64,000 nt of DNA from Alphaproteobacteria bacterium (GTDB lineage Bacteria > Pseudomonadota > Alphaproteobacteria > Rs-D84 > CACZYB01). The notes beneath the pieces were generated by a model. It did not search any database, was not told the origin of the DNA, and saw only the letters and a list, made by a program, of their open reading frames with translations. The translations under genes and the position numbers were made by a program. The stretch is taken from the NCBI GenBank assembly GCA_017938435.1, contig JAGBBO010000037.1, positions 1,616-65,615 of the forward strand, read 5' to 3'. Below are positions 1 through 9,815 of this stretch, in pieces. Position 1 is the stretch's first letter; each line of letters opens with the position of its first letter.

Positions 1-978
1 ATACTTTTCCCAATTTTGTAAAGCTTCATGAATATTCAACGCCATATCTGATGAAATACGGTTGATATTACTTTTAATATTTTCCCTTGTCACAAGCATA
101 AAATCGTTTAAACTTTGCCTATATTGCTTAATATAATTCAAAGTAATCGACTGTGTATTAAGAGTTTTGTTCCCAGAAAAAGAAGAAAGACACAAAAGCA
201 AATCATTCGTCCTTTTTCCAACTAAATGCATAAGTTCATAAAGTTTTTTATATTTTGATAACGGAATTACATCAGTATTCGAAACATAAGTATCATCCAA
301 AAGATCCAATAATTTTTCTTTTGAAACTTCCCATAAATCGCCATTATTTGGAACGAATTCTTGAACTATTCCAACAAATGCACTTTCACCATTTGCATTT
401 ATCAAAGAAAGATGACCATAAGTTTTTGGAACAACCTTACATTTTGTTTTCATAAGATTATAATTCATTTCAACTTCTGGATTTGCCAATTCAACAAATT
501 CTATTACTCTTTGTTGTTTAAACGCAAAAACATTATTTCCAACAATCAAGGTTGAATTACTCTGCTCTGCCCCCAAAGGTTGAGAAATATCATCTATATG
601 CTTTACAATAAAATCTAAACCATCCCACGATTGATAAAAAAGTTTATATCCATTAGGAAGAATAAAATCTTTATCCAAAGTTATTTCTTTCATAAGAGAA
701 GACCAATAAGTAGGTGATTTCAAAGCATCATAATATTCCTTTCCATTATATTTAATAGATTTTACACCATCAATTTTTTCCACAGTCAACGGCATAATAA
801 AATATTGAGGAGAATTATTTTTTATAACAGCTTTACCAAGAATAAAAAGCTTTTTCCCATTATCAAATTCCTTTGATTCAAGGATTATATCCTCAACCTG
901 ATTATTGGTAATTTCATTTTTAAAATTACACCAACGCTCATTATAAATATAATCTAACAATTCTTTATTTTTATTCAA
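1..978 (-). CDS. Maltokinase (Mak/Pep2)-like protein, partial (runs off the left edge; absent from the ORF track)
   Basis: Manual translation from TTG at 978 (AGGAAG upstream) gives MNKNKELLDYIYNERW...YDAL...PLGAEQSNSTLIVG..FAFKQQR..NPEVEM. The frame is consistent down to position 1. EQSN and NPEVE are maltokinase/TreS C-terminal motifs. Divergent from malQ. Confidence 0.75.
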   Translation of the reverse strand, partial: MNKNKELLDYIYNERWCNFKNEITNNQVEDIILESKEFDNGKKLFILGKAVIKNNSPQYFIMPLTVEKIDGVKSIKYNGKEYYDALKSPTYWSSLMKEITLDKDFILPNGYKLFYQSWDGLDFIVKHIDDISQPLGAEQSNSTLIVGNNVFAFKQQRVIEFVELANPEVEMNYNLMKTKCKVVPKTYGHLSLINANGESAFVGIVQEFVPNNGDLWEVSKEKLLDLLDDTYVSNTDVIPLSKYKKLYELMHLVGKRTNDLLLCLSSFSGNKTLNTQSITLNYIKQYRQSLNDFMLVTRENIKSNINRISSDMALNIHEALQNWEKY

Positions 979-1048
979 TTAAAACTTCCTTTATCATTAA
1001 ATATATGTTATCATTATACCATAAAATAAAGGGGAATAAAATATAAAT

Positions 1049-3211
1049 ATGGCAAATATTTTAAAAAATTTATCCAAGTTTTACGGTATAACTTCCTTTT
1101 ATATTGATAAAATGGGGATTAAACACTTTACAAATGACAACTTGCGAAAAACTTTTTTAAAATCTCAGGGAATTAAAAATTTTAAGGAAACATCATTACA
1201 AAAAGTATTAAAAAATCTTGAAAATTTTCCATATCTAAATGGTTTCGAAAATGTTTATTCTTTCTTTGATAATGAAAAAATTGAAATTCCATTTTTCATA
1301 GAAAAAAATCATATTGAAAAAAAAGTTGTTTTTACATTCATAAATGAAAATGGTTTAAAAAAAGAAATAATAAAAAAACTTGATAAAAAACTTATAACAC
1401 AAACAAAAAAAATTGATGGAAAAATTTATTACAAACTTTTAATTCCTTTTCACAAAAAATTTGAACCTGATTATTACAATGTAATAGCACAAATAGATGA
1501 AAAAATTTTTCAAACCTTTCTTATCATTGCACCAAAAAGTTCTTATCTTCCTAGTATTATTCAGGCAAAGAAAAAAATCCTTGGATTAAGTGTGCAACTT
1601 TATGCTATTAAATCGAAACATAATATGGGTATTGGTGATTTTTCTGATTTAAAAACTTTTATTACTTTAGCACATAAATATGGATGCGATTTTGTTGGAA
1701 TAAATCCTTTGGGTGTAATGACATCAAACCCATCATCCGATGTTTCCCCATACCGAACTTTAAGTCGTGAATATATCAACTATATTTATTTAGATTTACA
1801 AGAAGTTGATGATTTTAAAAATTCAAAAGATATCCAAAAATATATCAAAACACCTGAATATAAAAAATCTCTTTTAAAACTTAAAAATGCAAAAACCATT
1901 GATTATAAAAGTATCTTTAATTTCAAATTAAAACTTCTTAATCTTATGTATAAACATTTTAAGGAAGAACATTTGAAAAAAGGTAGTATAAGGGCAAAAT
2001 ATTTTCAAAAATTTTTAAATACCGAAGGAATAAAATTACAAAATCTTTGCCTATTTGAAACAATACTTGAAAAACAAAATTCCTATTGGAAAAATTGGCA
2101 AAATGACTTACAAAATATAAATTCCAATGCCGTCCAAAAATTCAAAAAATATCATAAAGATAGGATAGAATTTTTTGCATACGCTCATTGGCTTTCACAT
2201 ATACAACTTGAAAGCATAAAAAGCCTAACAAAAAAATTAAAAATGAAAATTGGCCTTTATTTAGATATTCCTGTTGGGGCTGCATCTGATGGGGTTGAGG
2301 TATGGGAAAAACCATCCCACTTTATGGATAATATTGATATTGGAACCCCTCCTGATACTATAAGGCCAAAGGGACAAACTTGGGGTTTAGTACCTCCTAA
2401 TCCTCTTGTTATGAAACAAACAAATTACAAAGATTTCCGAAATCTATTACGACAAAATATGAAGTATGCCAACGCAATAAGACTTGATCATTCTTTCAGT
2501 CTTATGCGACTTTTCTGTATTTCACAAAAAAATGGTGGTGCATACATAGATTATAATTTCAAGGATATGACCGCAATACTTTGTCTTGAAAGTTATAAAA
2601 ATAAATGCCTTGTTATTGGTGAAGATTTGGGAAATGTTCCAGATGGTTTTCCTGAAATGATGGCACAACATAACATATTTTCAAATAAAATACTTTTCCG
2701 ACAAAAGGATGAAAACGGTAATTTTTTAAATACTGATAAATATCCTTATTATTCTCTTTGTCAGGTAAGCACCCATGACCAAGCAACCAGTTGTGGATAT
2801 TGGATTTCCGAAGATATAGAAATAAATAAAAAATGCAATTTATTTCCAAAGGAATCTCAATACATTGCAAATCTTGCTGAACGGGATGAGGAAAGAGAAG
2901 ATTTCGTAAAAATTCTTAAAAAAACGAAATCATTTTACAAAAATAACGAAAAAAGTTTTATTAAAAATATTCACGGCGAAAATGTTCCAAAATATCTTGA
3001 ATATTCTTTCAACATTTACGGCGCAAAAACAAAAAGTGCTATATATCTAGTAAAAACTGTTGATATTTACGGACAAATAGAAATGGAAAATGTTCCTGGC
3101 ACTGTGGATGAATATCCAAATTGGAGGGTAAAACTTCCTATACTATTGGATGATATAGAATCAGACGGAACTATGCGAAGATTTTTCAAAGAAATAAAAA
3201 AATACAGATAA
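1049..3211 (+). CDS. malQ: 4-alpha-glucanotransferase (amylomaltase, GH77)
   Basis: GIGDFSDL, SPY, LYLDIPVG, GQTWG, RLDH, IGEDLG, STHD and NVPGT..YPNWR motifs. Confidence 0.93.
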   Translation: MANILKNLSKFYGITSFYIDKMGIKHFTNDNLRKTFLKSQGIKNFKETSLQKVLKNLENFPYLNGFENVYSFFDNEKIEIPFFIEKNHIEKKVVFTFINENGLKKEIIKKLDKKLITQTKKIDGKIYYKLLIPFHKKFEPDYYNVIAQIDEKIFQTFLIIAPKSSYLPSIIQAKKKILGLSVQLYAIKSKHNMGIGDFSDLKTFITLAHKYGCDFVGINPLGVMTSNPSSDVSPYRTLSREYINYIYLDLQEVDDFKNSKDIQKYIKTPEYKKSLLKLKNAKTIDYKSIFNFKLKLLNLMYKHFKEEHLKKGSIRAKYFQKFLNTEGIKLQNLCLFETILEKQNSYWKNWQNDLQNINSNAVQKFKKYHKDRIEFFAYAHWLSHIQLESIKSLTKKLKMKIGLYLDIPVGAASDGVEVWEKPSHFMDNIDIGTPPDTIRPKGQTWGLVPPNPLVMKQTNYKDFRNLLRQNMKYANAIRLDHSFSLMRLFCISQKNGGAYIDYNFKDMTAILCLESYKNKCLVIGEDLGNVPDGFPEMMAQHNIFSNKILFRQKDENGNFLNTDKYPYYSLCQVSTHDQATSCGYWISEDIEINKKCNLFPKESQYIANLAERDEEREDFVKILKKTKSFYKNNEKSFIKNIHGENVPKYLEYSFNIYGAKTKSAIYLVKTVDIYGQIEMENVPGTVDEYPNWRVKLPILLDDIESDGTMRRFFKEIKKYR

Positions 3212-3247
3212 AAAAACGCCCCAACTTTTAATCGGGGCGTAATTTTT
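3211..3247. terminator. Probable bidirectional intrinsic terminator between malQ and pyk
   Basis: ACGCCCC/GGGGCGT stem with A- and T-tracts, between convergent genes. Confidence 0.7.
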
Positions 3248-3263
3248 ACAAAGACTTTTATTC

Positions 3264-4715
3264 TTATGCTTTGATAACAGAAACAAGTGTTGTTGCACCT
3301 TCTGTAAAGATAGACTTTGCAGTAGCTGTTCCCTTACCAAATGTAAGAACAAGTTCATCACCTTCTTTTGCAAAACCAAGTTCTTTTGCAATATTTCTTG
3401 AAAGGTCATCAACTTTATCTGAATCTGTTGCTTCAACAACTTTTGGTGTTACACCCCAGCAAAGTGTTACACGACCAGCAACTTTATCTTCTGCTGTAAC
3501 AGCGATAATAGGAGCATGTGGTTTGTGTTTTGCGAGGTTAATTGCAGTTGTTCCAGATGTTGTATATGCAAATACAGCTTTTGCATCTGTTTTATTTGTA
3601 ATATCAGCAGCAACAGAAGTCATAACATCACCCAAAGTATTTTCTTTCAAATCTTTTGTGTATGTTTTGATATAGTTTCTGTATTCTGGATCAGCTTCTA
3701 CTTGTTTGATGATTGATGACATCATCTTTACTGCTTCTACTGGATATTTACCTTGTGCAGTTTCAGCAGAAAGCATAACACAATCTGTGCATTCATAAAC
3801 AGCATTTGCAACGTCAGATGCTTCGGCACGTGTTGGGAATGTATTATCAATCATTGATTCCAACATATGTGTTGCAACAATAACTGGTTTTCTTTTTTCA
3901 CGGCAAAGTTTAATCATTCTTTTTTGAAGCATTGGAACCATTTGTGGTTCAACTTCAACACCAAGATCTCCACGAGCAACCATAATAGCATCTGAAAGTT
4001 CAACAATTTCTTCCAAGTAATTGATTGCAGCTGTAGGTCTTTCAACTTTTGTGATTAAAGGAGCACGTCCATTGATGATTTTCTTTACATTACGAACATC
4101 ATCAGGTGTTTGAACGAATGATGCTGTAACCCAATCAACACCAAGTGAAAGAGCAAATTCCAAATCTGATAAATCTTTTTCTGTGTAAATAGGTAAATCA
4201 ACAACAGTATTTGGAAGATTGAAACCTTTTCTATCAGAAATTTTACCACCAACAATAACTTTTGTTTTAACAGCATTAGCAGATTTTTCAATAACTTGAA
4301 CTTTCATTTTACCATCATTGATAAGAACGTAATCACCAACTTTTAATGCATCAAGAATTGCAACATTTGGAAGTTGAACACGTGTGTTATCACCAAGTTC
4401 TTCGTTGTTATCAAAAGTAAATTCTTGACCATCTTCAAGAATCTCAAATTCATTTTTAAATTTACCAACACGAAGTTTTGGACCTTGCATATCAGCAATA
4501 ATACCAATTTTTTTACCTAATTCTTTTTCGATTCTTTTAATATTATCGAATCTTTTTTTATGATCTTCATGAGTTCCATGAGAGAAATTAAGACGACAAA
4601 CATTTACGCCAGCTTCGATTACTGCCTTAAGATTTTCATACTCTTCAGTAGCAGGTCCGATTGTAGCAACAATCTTTGTAAATCTGTAATTATTATCAAG
4701 ATTTTTGTTATCCAT
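3264..4715 (-). CDS. pyk: Pyruvate kinase
   Basis: TKIVATIGPA, RLNFSHG, DMQGPKLR, MVARGDLGVE, PTRAEASDVANA. Confidence 0.98.
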   Translation of the reverse strand: MDNKNLDNNYRFTKIVATIGPATEEYENLKAVIEAGVNVCRLNFSHGTHEDHKKRFDNIKRIEKELGKKIGIIADMQGPKLRVGKFKNEFEILEDGQEFTFDNNEELGDNTRVQLPNVAILDALKVGDYVLINDGKMKVQVIEKSANAVKTKVIVGGKISDRKGFNLPNTVVDLPIYTEKDLSDLEFALSLGVDWVTASFVQTPDDVRNVKKIINGRAPLITKVERPTAAINYLEEIVELSDAIMVARGDLGVEVEPQMVPMLQKRMIKLCREKRKPVIVATHMLESMIDNTFPTRAEASDVANAVYECTDCVMLSAETAQGKYPVEAVKMMSSIIKQVEADPEYRNYIKTYTKDLKENTLGDVMTSVAADITNKTDAKAVFAYTTSGTTAINLAKHKPHAPIIAVTAEDKVAGRVTLCWGVTPKVVEATDSDKVDDLSRNIAKELGFAKEGDELVLTFGKGTATAKSIFTEGATTLVSVIKA

Positions 4716-4854
4716 TTTTATATCCTTTTCGTTTATGTTAGTTATTTTTTTTATTTTTTTACTTGAGTTAAGTAATTTTATGGCTAATATAATACATTAT
4801 ATTTTAAGTTTTACAACTTATTTTTATTAACTTTTACAAAAAAAGGAGATGTAA

Positions 4855-5097
4855 ATGGCACAAACAGACGGAATCCGCGCAGATGAACTTTCAAGTTTTA
4901 TGGACAGAATCGAAAGATTAGAAGAAGAAATGGCTAATATCCGTAGTGATATTCGTGAAATTTATGCAGAAGCAAAAGCAACTGGCTATGATCCTAAAAT
5001 TATGCGTGTTGTTTTAAGACTTAAAAAACTTGATGAAGCAGATAGATCAGAACTTGATGAAGTAACAGAACTTTACAGAACTGCTCTTAATGTTTAA
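4855..5097 (+). CDS. gapR: GapR/DUF2312 family nucleoid-associated protein
   Basis: L..F.DRIERLEEE....DIREIYAEAKATGYD.KIMR. Confidence 0.88.
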   Translation: MAQTDGIRADELSSFMDRIERLEEEMANIRSDIREIYAEAKATGYDPKIMRVVLRLKKLDEADRSELDEVTELYRTALNV

Positions 5098-5115
5098 TCT
5101 GTGATTTATTTAAAA

Positions 5116-5142
5116 GGGCCTCCCTAAAATGGGAGGTTTTTT
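5116..5142 (+). terminator. Intrinsic terminator
   Basis: GCCTCCC/GGGAGGT stem followed by a T-tract. Confidence 0.7.
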
Positions 5143-5199
5143 GTTCACACGGATTTTTCTTTTACTTTTATATTTTATATGCTATAATATTTCTCAATC

Positions 5200-6228
5200 A
5201 TGGAGGTTATAATGCAAAAATTAAGAATGGGAATTGTTGGCTGTGGTCGAATTTCCGATTGTCATTTTGAAGCTATTAAAAATAATAACGAAACTATGGA
5301 AATTGCCGCTGTTTGCGACATAAATCCAACAAATTTACAAAAGGCTCAACAAAAAACTGGGGCAAACCCATATACAAACATTGATGATATGCTTAAATTT
5401 GAAAAACTTAATTGTGTAAGTATTTGCACACCAAACGGTTTTCACTATGAAAATGCAAGAAAAGTTCTTAAAGCAGGAATAAATGTTATCGTTGAAAAAC
5501 CATTAACACTTTGCTTAAAAGAAGGGAAAAAACTTATTTCCTTGGCAAAAAAGAAGGGCAAGCATGTCTTTCTTATTCATCAAAACAGATTTAATCCAAC
5601 AATTCAATGTGTAAAAAAGGCATTGGATGCTGGTTCATTTGGTAAAATTTATATGATTACATCAAATGTTTTCTGGTATCGTGATGATGATTACTATAAA
5701 AATCCTGCATGGCATGGTTCAAAAAAAATTGATGGCGGTGCCTTTATTACACAGGCATCTCACTATACTGACATTATGAATTGGTTTGCAAAAAGTTCTC
5801 TTAAATCCATTTACACTCTTGGAAAAACAAGGGAAAGAAAGATTGAAACCGAAGATTGCGGTTCAACAATTATTGAATGGAAAAATAATACTATTGGAAA
5901 CCTTAACCTTTCTGTTCTTACTTATAATGAAAATTATGAAGGAAGTATCACAATTATTGGTGAAAAAGGTTTGGTAAAAATTGGTGGCGTTGCATTAAAT
6001 AAAATCCTTGATTGGAAATTCGAAGGCGATGTCGAACAATTCTGTGATGTTTCATACGATGTTGATTCTGTTTATGGAAAGGGTCATACTCCTTACTATA
6101 AAAGCATTGCTGAAACATTGATTGATGGAAAACCATTTCTTATCTCTGAAAAAGAAGCTATTTCTTCATTAACACTCCTTTGTGGTATTGTCGATTCTAT
6201 GGACAAGGGTAAAAAAATAACATATTAA
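5200..6228 (+). CDS. Gfo/Idh/MocA oxidoreductase (WbpB/WlbA-like nucleotide-sugar dehydrogenase)
   Basis: GIVGCGRI, CTPNGFH, VEKP, QNRFNP, DGGAFITQASHY, EGSITIIGEKG, SVYG.GH. Confidence 0.85.
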   Translation: MEVIMQKLRMGIVGCGRISDCHFEAIKNNNETMEIAAVCDINPTNLQKAQQKTGANPYTNIDDMLKFEKLNCVSICTPNGFHYENARKVLKAGINVIVEKPLTLCLKEGKKLISLAKKKGKHVFLIHQNRFNPTIQCVKKALDAGSFGKIYMITSNVFWYRDDDYYKNPAWHGSKKIDGGAFITQASHYTDIMNWFAKSSLKSIYTLGKTRERKIETEDCGSTIIEWKNNTIGNLNLSVLTYNENYEGSITIIGEKGLVKIGGVALNKILDWKFEGDVEQFCDVSYDVDSVYGKGHTPYYKSIAETLIDGKPFLISEKEAISSLTLLCGIVDSMDKGKKITY

Positions 6229-6242
6229 AAGAAAGGTAAAAA

Positions 6243-6740
6243 ATGAAACTTGATGAATTTGGATATATTTCCAAAGAAGAAAAAGAAAAAGCTAAAAAAA
6301 TATTAAATAGCAAGGATTATAAAATATCAGAATCTGATAAAATGGATTTGGCAACTGATTTATTAAATGTAAATATGAAAAGTAGATTAAATATCATTGA
6401 AATTGCAACAATGTTAAATATGCAAACAGATGATAGTTATTATATTCCTTATTCATTACTTATTGGATATTTAGGTTATCAAATAAGTAAAAAAGAACCT
6501 GATTTATCTATGACTTTTGATGAAAAAGATGAAATCTTAGATATATCAAAAGATTTACTAAAAGCAAACATTTCTAACAAAGAATTTATTTCAGAAATCT
6601 ATAATGATTTAAGAACTGGTAAAGATTTTGATATTATGCTTAGCCCAAGAAAAATACGCAAAACATTGGAAGAAAAAAATAACGATAATATAAAAAAAGA
6701 AATTTATAACAAGTTATTTAATAAAGAAAAAAATATGTAA
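6243..6740 (+). CDS. Hypothetical protein
   Basis: 165-aa ORF with AAAGG RBS and a downstream terminator; no motif recognised. Confidence 0.7.
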   Translation: MKLDEFGYISKEEKEKAKKILNSKDYKISESDKMDLATDLLNVNMKSRLNIIEIATMLNMQTDDSYYIPYSLLIGYLGYQISKKEPDLSMTFDEKDEILDISKDLLKANISNKEFISEIYNDLRTGKDFDIMLSPRKIRKTLEEKNNDNIKKEIYNKLFNKEKNM

Positions 6741-6741
6741 T

Positions 6742-6771
6742 AAAAAGGCGGGCATAAAACCCGCTTTTTTT
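6742..6771. terminator. Bidirectional intrinsic terminator
   Basis: AAAAAGGCGGG-cataaaa-CCCGCTTTTTT between convergent ORFs. Confidence 0.75.
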
Positions 6772-6779
6772 AATTAGAA

Positions 6780-7001
6780 CTACCTTGTAAAATCTGGATC
6801 AAACATTCCTTCACGATATTGTGGTCTATCAATAATCGAAGCACGATAGCGTTTAAGTTGTCTTATTTTACTTTTTAACATATCTTCGGAAAGTAAAGCA
6901 TTTACTACCCTTTTACCAGAAAGTATATCTTCATATACCTGAATTTCAGCTTCAACAAATTTAAGTTCTTCTCTATAATTCATTGAATAATATGTTGGCA
7001 T
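6780..7001 (-). CDS. Hypothetical protein
   Basis: 73-aa ORF closely coupled to the upstream ORF, AGGA RBS. Confidence 0.65.
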   Translation of the reverse strand: MPTYYSMNYREELKFVEAEIQVYEDILSGKRVVNALLSEDMLKSKIRQLKRYRASIIDRPQYREGMFDPDFTR

Positions 7002-7010
7002 TTTTGTTTC

Positions 7011-7316
7011 CTATCGTTGATTATCATTAAAAATAAATGGATTTGGTTTGCTTGCAAATTCAACTTTTGCTTTTTCAATTTCTTCCTTTGAAAACTTTGC
7101 TTCCATTTGCATAGTTTTTTCTGCAATAATATTTTGATAATATTTACATCTCATTGCATCCCCAAGTTCACCAGTCCTCGAAAGTCTATCAATTTGAACT
7201 TTACATCTTTCTATTTCTGAAACGAAAAATGAAACTGTTTCTCTTTTATTTTTCTCTTCTGCCTTCCTATCAGCAGAAAGAGATTCTATCAAAAATTTTT
7301 TTAATCTAGCATTCAT
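7011..7316 (-). CDS. Hypothetical protein
   Basis: 101-aa ORF, AGGAG RBS, TTGACT-type promoter upstream. Confidence 0.7.
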   Translation of the reverse strand: MNARLKKFLIESLSADRKAEEKNKRETVSFFVSEIERCKVQIDRLSRTGELGDAMRCKYYQNIIAEKTMQMEAKFSKEEIEKAKVEFASKPNPFIFNDNQR

Positions 7317-7407
7317 TACATATCTCCTGTTTTTATTAAGATTGATAATTTTATAGACTAAAAAATATTTTAAGTCAAGTATTTTTATAAAAAAATTAAA
7401 AAAAAGA

Positions 7408-8217
7408 CTAAATATCCTGTTTCAAAGGAATATTTATAGTATTAAGAACTGCCAAAAGTTCATTTTTTGCAGCAATATGAGATATAGAAATTTCCTCTTT
7501 ACCTATTTTCAAAAGGTCAAGAATGGTTAAACCCTTTAAAAACATTTCACGGTAAACAACCCTTTCCCCAATACCAGAAATATATGTGAACCCAAGTTTT
7601 TCCTGTAATCTTTTAAGGATTGCATCAACTTCACGCTTATTTTTTGCATCTATATGAGAAATACGATTTCTTAGCACAATCCACATTAAATCAGCCATCC
7701 CAAGATCAGCACGCTTTTTTTGAATTTCACGAATATTTTCGGTATATTGAGATTCGGAAATAATCTCCTTTGAATTAGGGTCAATATTTGCCAAAACATC
7801 AATATCAACCAAACTATCATTAACAGGAGTAACTAAAATATCAGCATTTTTATGTCCAGCATTAGAAAGATGACTAAATGTTCCCGGTGTATCAATAATG
7901 ATTATATCATATTCATTTTTCAAATCTTGAATTTCCGCATCAAGTTGTTCCTCATCCTCCTCTGAACTTCGTTTATTAGAAAATTGCGAAGGTGTCACAA
8001 CCAAATGTTCCGGCATAGGCAAATCAAGTTTATTTTCTTCAGCATATCTGACACGATTTTCAATATAATGTGTCAAAGTTCCCTGCCTACCATCCAAATC
8101 AATAGTAGCAACTTTATAGCCAGAATAAAGGTATGATACAGCAAGATGAATGGACAGTGTTGACTTTCCACTTCCACCTTTTTCATTACCAACTACAATA
8201 ACCTTTGCATTTGTCAT
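7408..8217 (-). CDS. mipZ: Division-plane positioning ATPase MipZ
   Basis: VVGNEKGGSGKST, IDTPG, NDSLVD.DVL, WIVLRNR, ERVVYREMF.KGLT. Confidence 0.9.
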   Translation of the reverse strand: MTNAKVIVVGNEKGGSGKSTLSIHLAVSYLYSGYKVATIDLDGRQGTLTHYIENRVRYAEENKLDLPMPEHLVVTPSQFSNKRSSEEDEEQLDAEIQDLKNEYDIIIIDTPGTFSHLSNAGHKNADILVTPVNDSLVDIDVLANIDPNSKEIISESQYTENIREIQKKRADLGMADLMWIVLRNRISHIDAKNKREVDAILKRLQEKLGFTYISGIGERVVYREMFLKGLTILDLLKIGKEEISISHIAAKNELLAVLNTINIPLKQDI

Positions 8218-8319
8218 TTTTGCCTACCTTTTGTCATTATATCATTATTTTTTCTTAAAATAAAGTGCTTTTGAAAAAATTTTTGCAAATTGTAAAGATT
8301 ATGATATAATTTTTGCATT

Positions 8320-8396
8320 GCACCCATAGCTCAGTTGAATAGAGCGTTGGTTTCCGGAACCAAAGGTCAGAGGTTTGAATCCTCTTGGGTGCACCA
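8320..8396 (+). tRNA. tRNA-Arg(CCG)
   Basis: GCACCCA/TGGGTGC acceptor stem, anticodon arm TTGGT-TTCCGGA-ACCAA, T-arm, encoded CCA. Confidence 0.95.
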
Positions 8397-8463
8397 AGTA
8401 TTTTTTCCATCGCGTTGGTTTCACTTACCACTTTTTATACTCTTGTCTTTCACGGGTGGGCGT

Positions 8464-8533
8464 GGCTATAACCTATTTATTCTAAACTCCTCGCTAACAC
8501 CGCTCGTCATTAAGAATAACTACGGTCATAGTC
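8464..8533 (+). repeat. 70-nt hairpin element (CTCGCTAACACCGCTCG loop), diverged copy of the tRNA-Gln-associated hairpin
   Basis: GGCTATAACC/GGTCATAGTC and TTATTCT/AGAATAA stems; aligns with the 71-nt hairpins at 37.1 and 39.2 kb. Confidence 0.8.
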
Positions 8534-8576
8534 CGGAACCAAAGGTCAGAGGTTTGAATCCTCTTGGGTGCACCAA
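8532..8576 (+). repeat. 45-bp direct repeat of the tRNA-Arg 3' half (copy of 8353-8397)
   Basis: Identical TCCGGAACCAAAGGTCAGAGGTTTGAATCCTCTTGGGTGCACCAA, offset 179 bp. Confidence 0.95.
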
Positions 8577-8711
8577 ATTCTCACAAAATAAATATTGAAT
8601 ATAAATAAATTTTCGTCAAATAAAATATCTTGAACTTTACAGGAAAAATAGTATAATTTTTTGCAATCTACTTTAATAGATGATAATAACAAAAAAGAAA
8701 GGATTATTAAA

Positions 8712-9731
8712 ATGACAGTAAAAGTAGCTATAAATGGTTTTGGTCGTATCGGAAGAATGACTTTCCGTGCATTGATTGAAAGTGGTAGAGAGGATGTTGA
8801 AGTTGTTGCAATCAACGATTTGGCAAGTCCTGAATCTTCACTTCATCTTTTGAAATATGATACAGTTCATGGCAGACTTCCAGTAGAAGCAAAATTGGAA
8901 GGTGATATGCTTATTGCTGGTTCACAAAAGGCAAAAATGTTTGCTATCCGTGATCCAAAAGAATATCCATGGAAAGATTTAGATATCGATGTTGTTTTTG
9001 AATGCACAGGTATTTTCACAGAACGCGAAAAAGCACAAGTTCATCTTGATGCTGGTGCAAAAAGAGTTTTGGTTTCTGCTCCTGCAAAGGGTGCTGATTT
9101 AACTGTTGTTTATGGTGTTAACCAAGACAAAATTACATCAGATATGAGAGTATTCTCAAACGCATCTTGCACAACAAACTGCTTGGCTCCTGTTGTAGAA
9201 GTTTTAAACAGATATTTTGGTATTTCACACGGTTATATGACAACAATTCACTCATATACTGGTGACCAAGTAACATTGGATAGAGATTTAAAAGGTAATC
9301 TTTACCGTTCACGTTCTGCTGCACAAAACATTATTCCAACAACAACTGGTGCGGCTAAGGCTATCGGTCTTGTTATCCCAGAATTAGCTGGTAAACTTGA
9401 CGGTGCTTCAACACGTGTTCCAACACCTGATGTTTCACTTGTTGACTTCAAATTTGTTGTAAACAAAGATAAAGTTACAGCAGAAGAAATTAACGAAGCT
9501 ATTGTTAAAGAAGCTGCAACAGAAAGATACAAAGGCATCCTTTGCACAAACAATGATGCACTTGTTTCATCAGATTTCATTCACAACCCTGCATCATCAA
9601 CTTTTGATTTAAAAGAAACAAAAGTTATGGGCGACAATTTCGTTCGTATCGTTTCATGGTATGATAACGAATGGGGTTTCTCAAATCGTATGTTAGATAC
9701 TGCTGTTGCTATTGGTAAATCAATCAAATAA
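8712..9731 (+). CDS. gap: Glyceraldehyde-3-phosphate dehydrogenase (type I)
   Basis: INGFGRIGR, SNASCTTNCLAP, WYDNEWGFS; ATG at 8712 with AAAGGA RBS. Confidence 0.98.
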   Translation: MTVKVAINGFGRIGRMTFRALIESGREDVEVVAINDLASPESSLHLLKYDTVHGRLPVEAKLEGDMLIAGSQKAKMFAIRDPKEYPWKDLDIDVVFECTGIFTEREKAQVHLDAGAKRVLVSAPAKGADLTVVYGVNQDKITSDMRVFSNASCTTNCLAPVVEVLNRYFGISHGYMTTIHSYTGDQVTLDRDLKGNLYRSRSAAQNIIPTTTGAAKAIGLVIPELAGKLDGASTRVPTPDVSLVDFKFVVNKDKVTAEEINEAIVKEAATERYKGILCTNNDALVSSDFIHNPASSTFDLKETKVMGDNFVRIVSWYDNEWGFSNRMLDTAVAIGKSIK

Positions 9732-9750
9732 TAGTAGTTTAAAAAAAAGA

Positions 9751-9782
9751 AAAAGGCTCTCTGTGATAAGGGAGCTTTTTTT
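9751..9782 (+). terminator. Intrinsic terminator of gap
   Basis: GGCTCTCT/AGGGAGCT stem followed by a T-tract. Confidence 0.7.
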
Positions 9783-9815
9783 ATTAAAAAATATGTAATA
9801 CAACAGTATATTAAA

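Noticed and set aside
3271-3675. Many 60-150-aa antisense or off-frame ORFs inside housekeeping genes
   Set aside because: They are shadow ORFs within well-supported genes, with no recognisable motifs.
8397-8533. Theta/HDV-like ribozyme behind the tRNA (CTCCTCGC resembles HDV P3/L3)
   Set aside because: The motif is ~90 nt from the tRNA end, the trailers do not start with the required G-led P1, I could not build the nested double pseudoknot, and the Gln copies lack CTCC.
8335-8598. Track ORFs overlapping tRNA genes (also 16560-16748, 37041-37238, 39284-39576)
   Set aside because: They are translations of tRNA and repeat DNA and lack an RBS.
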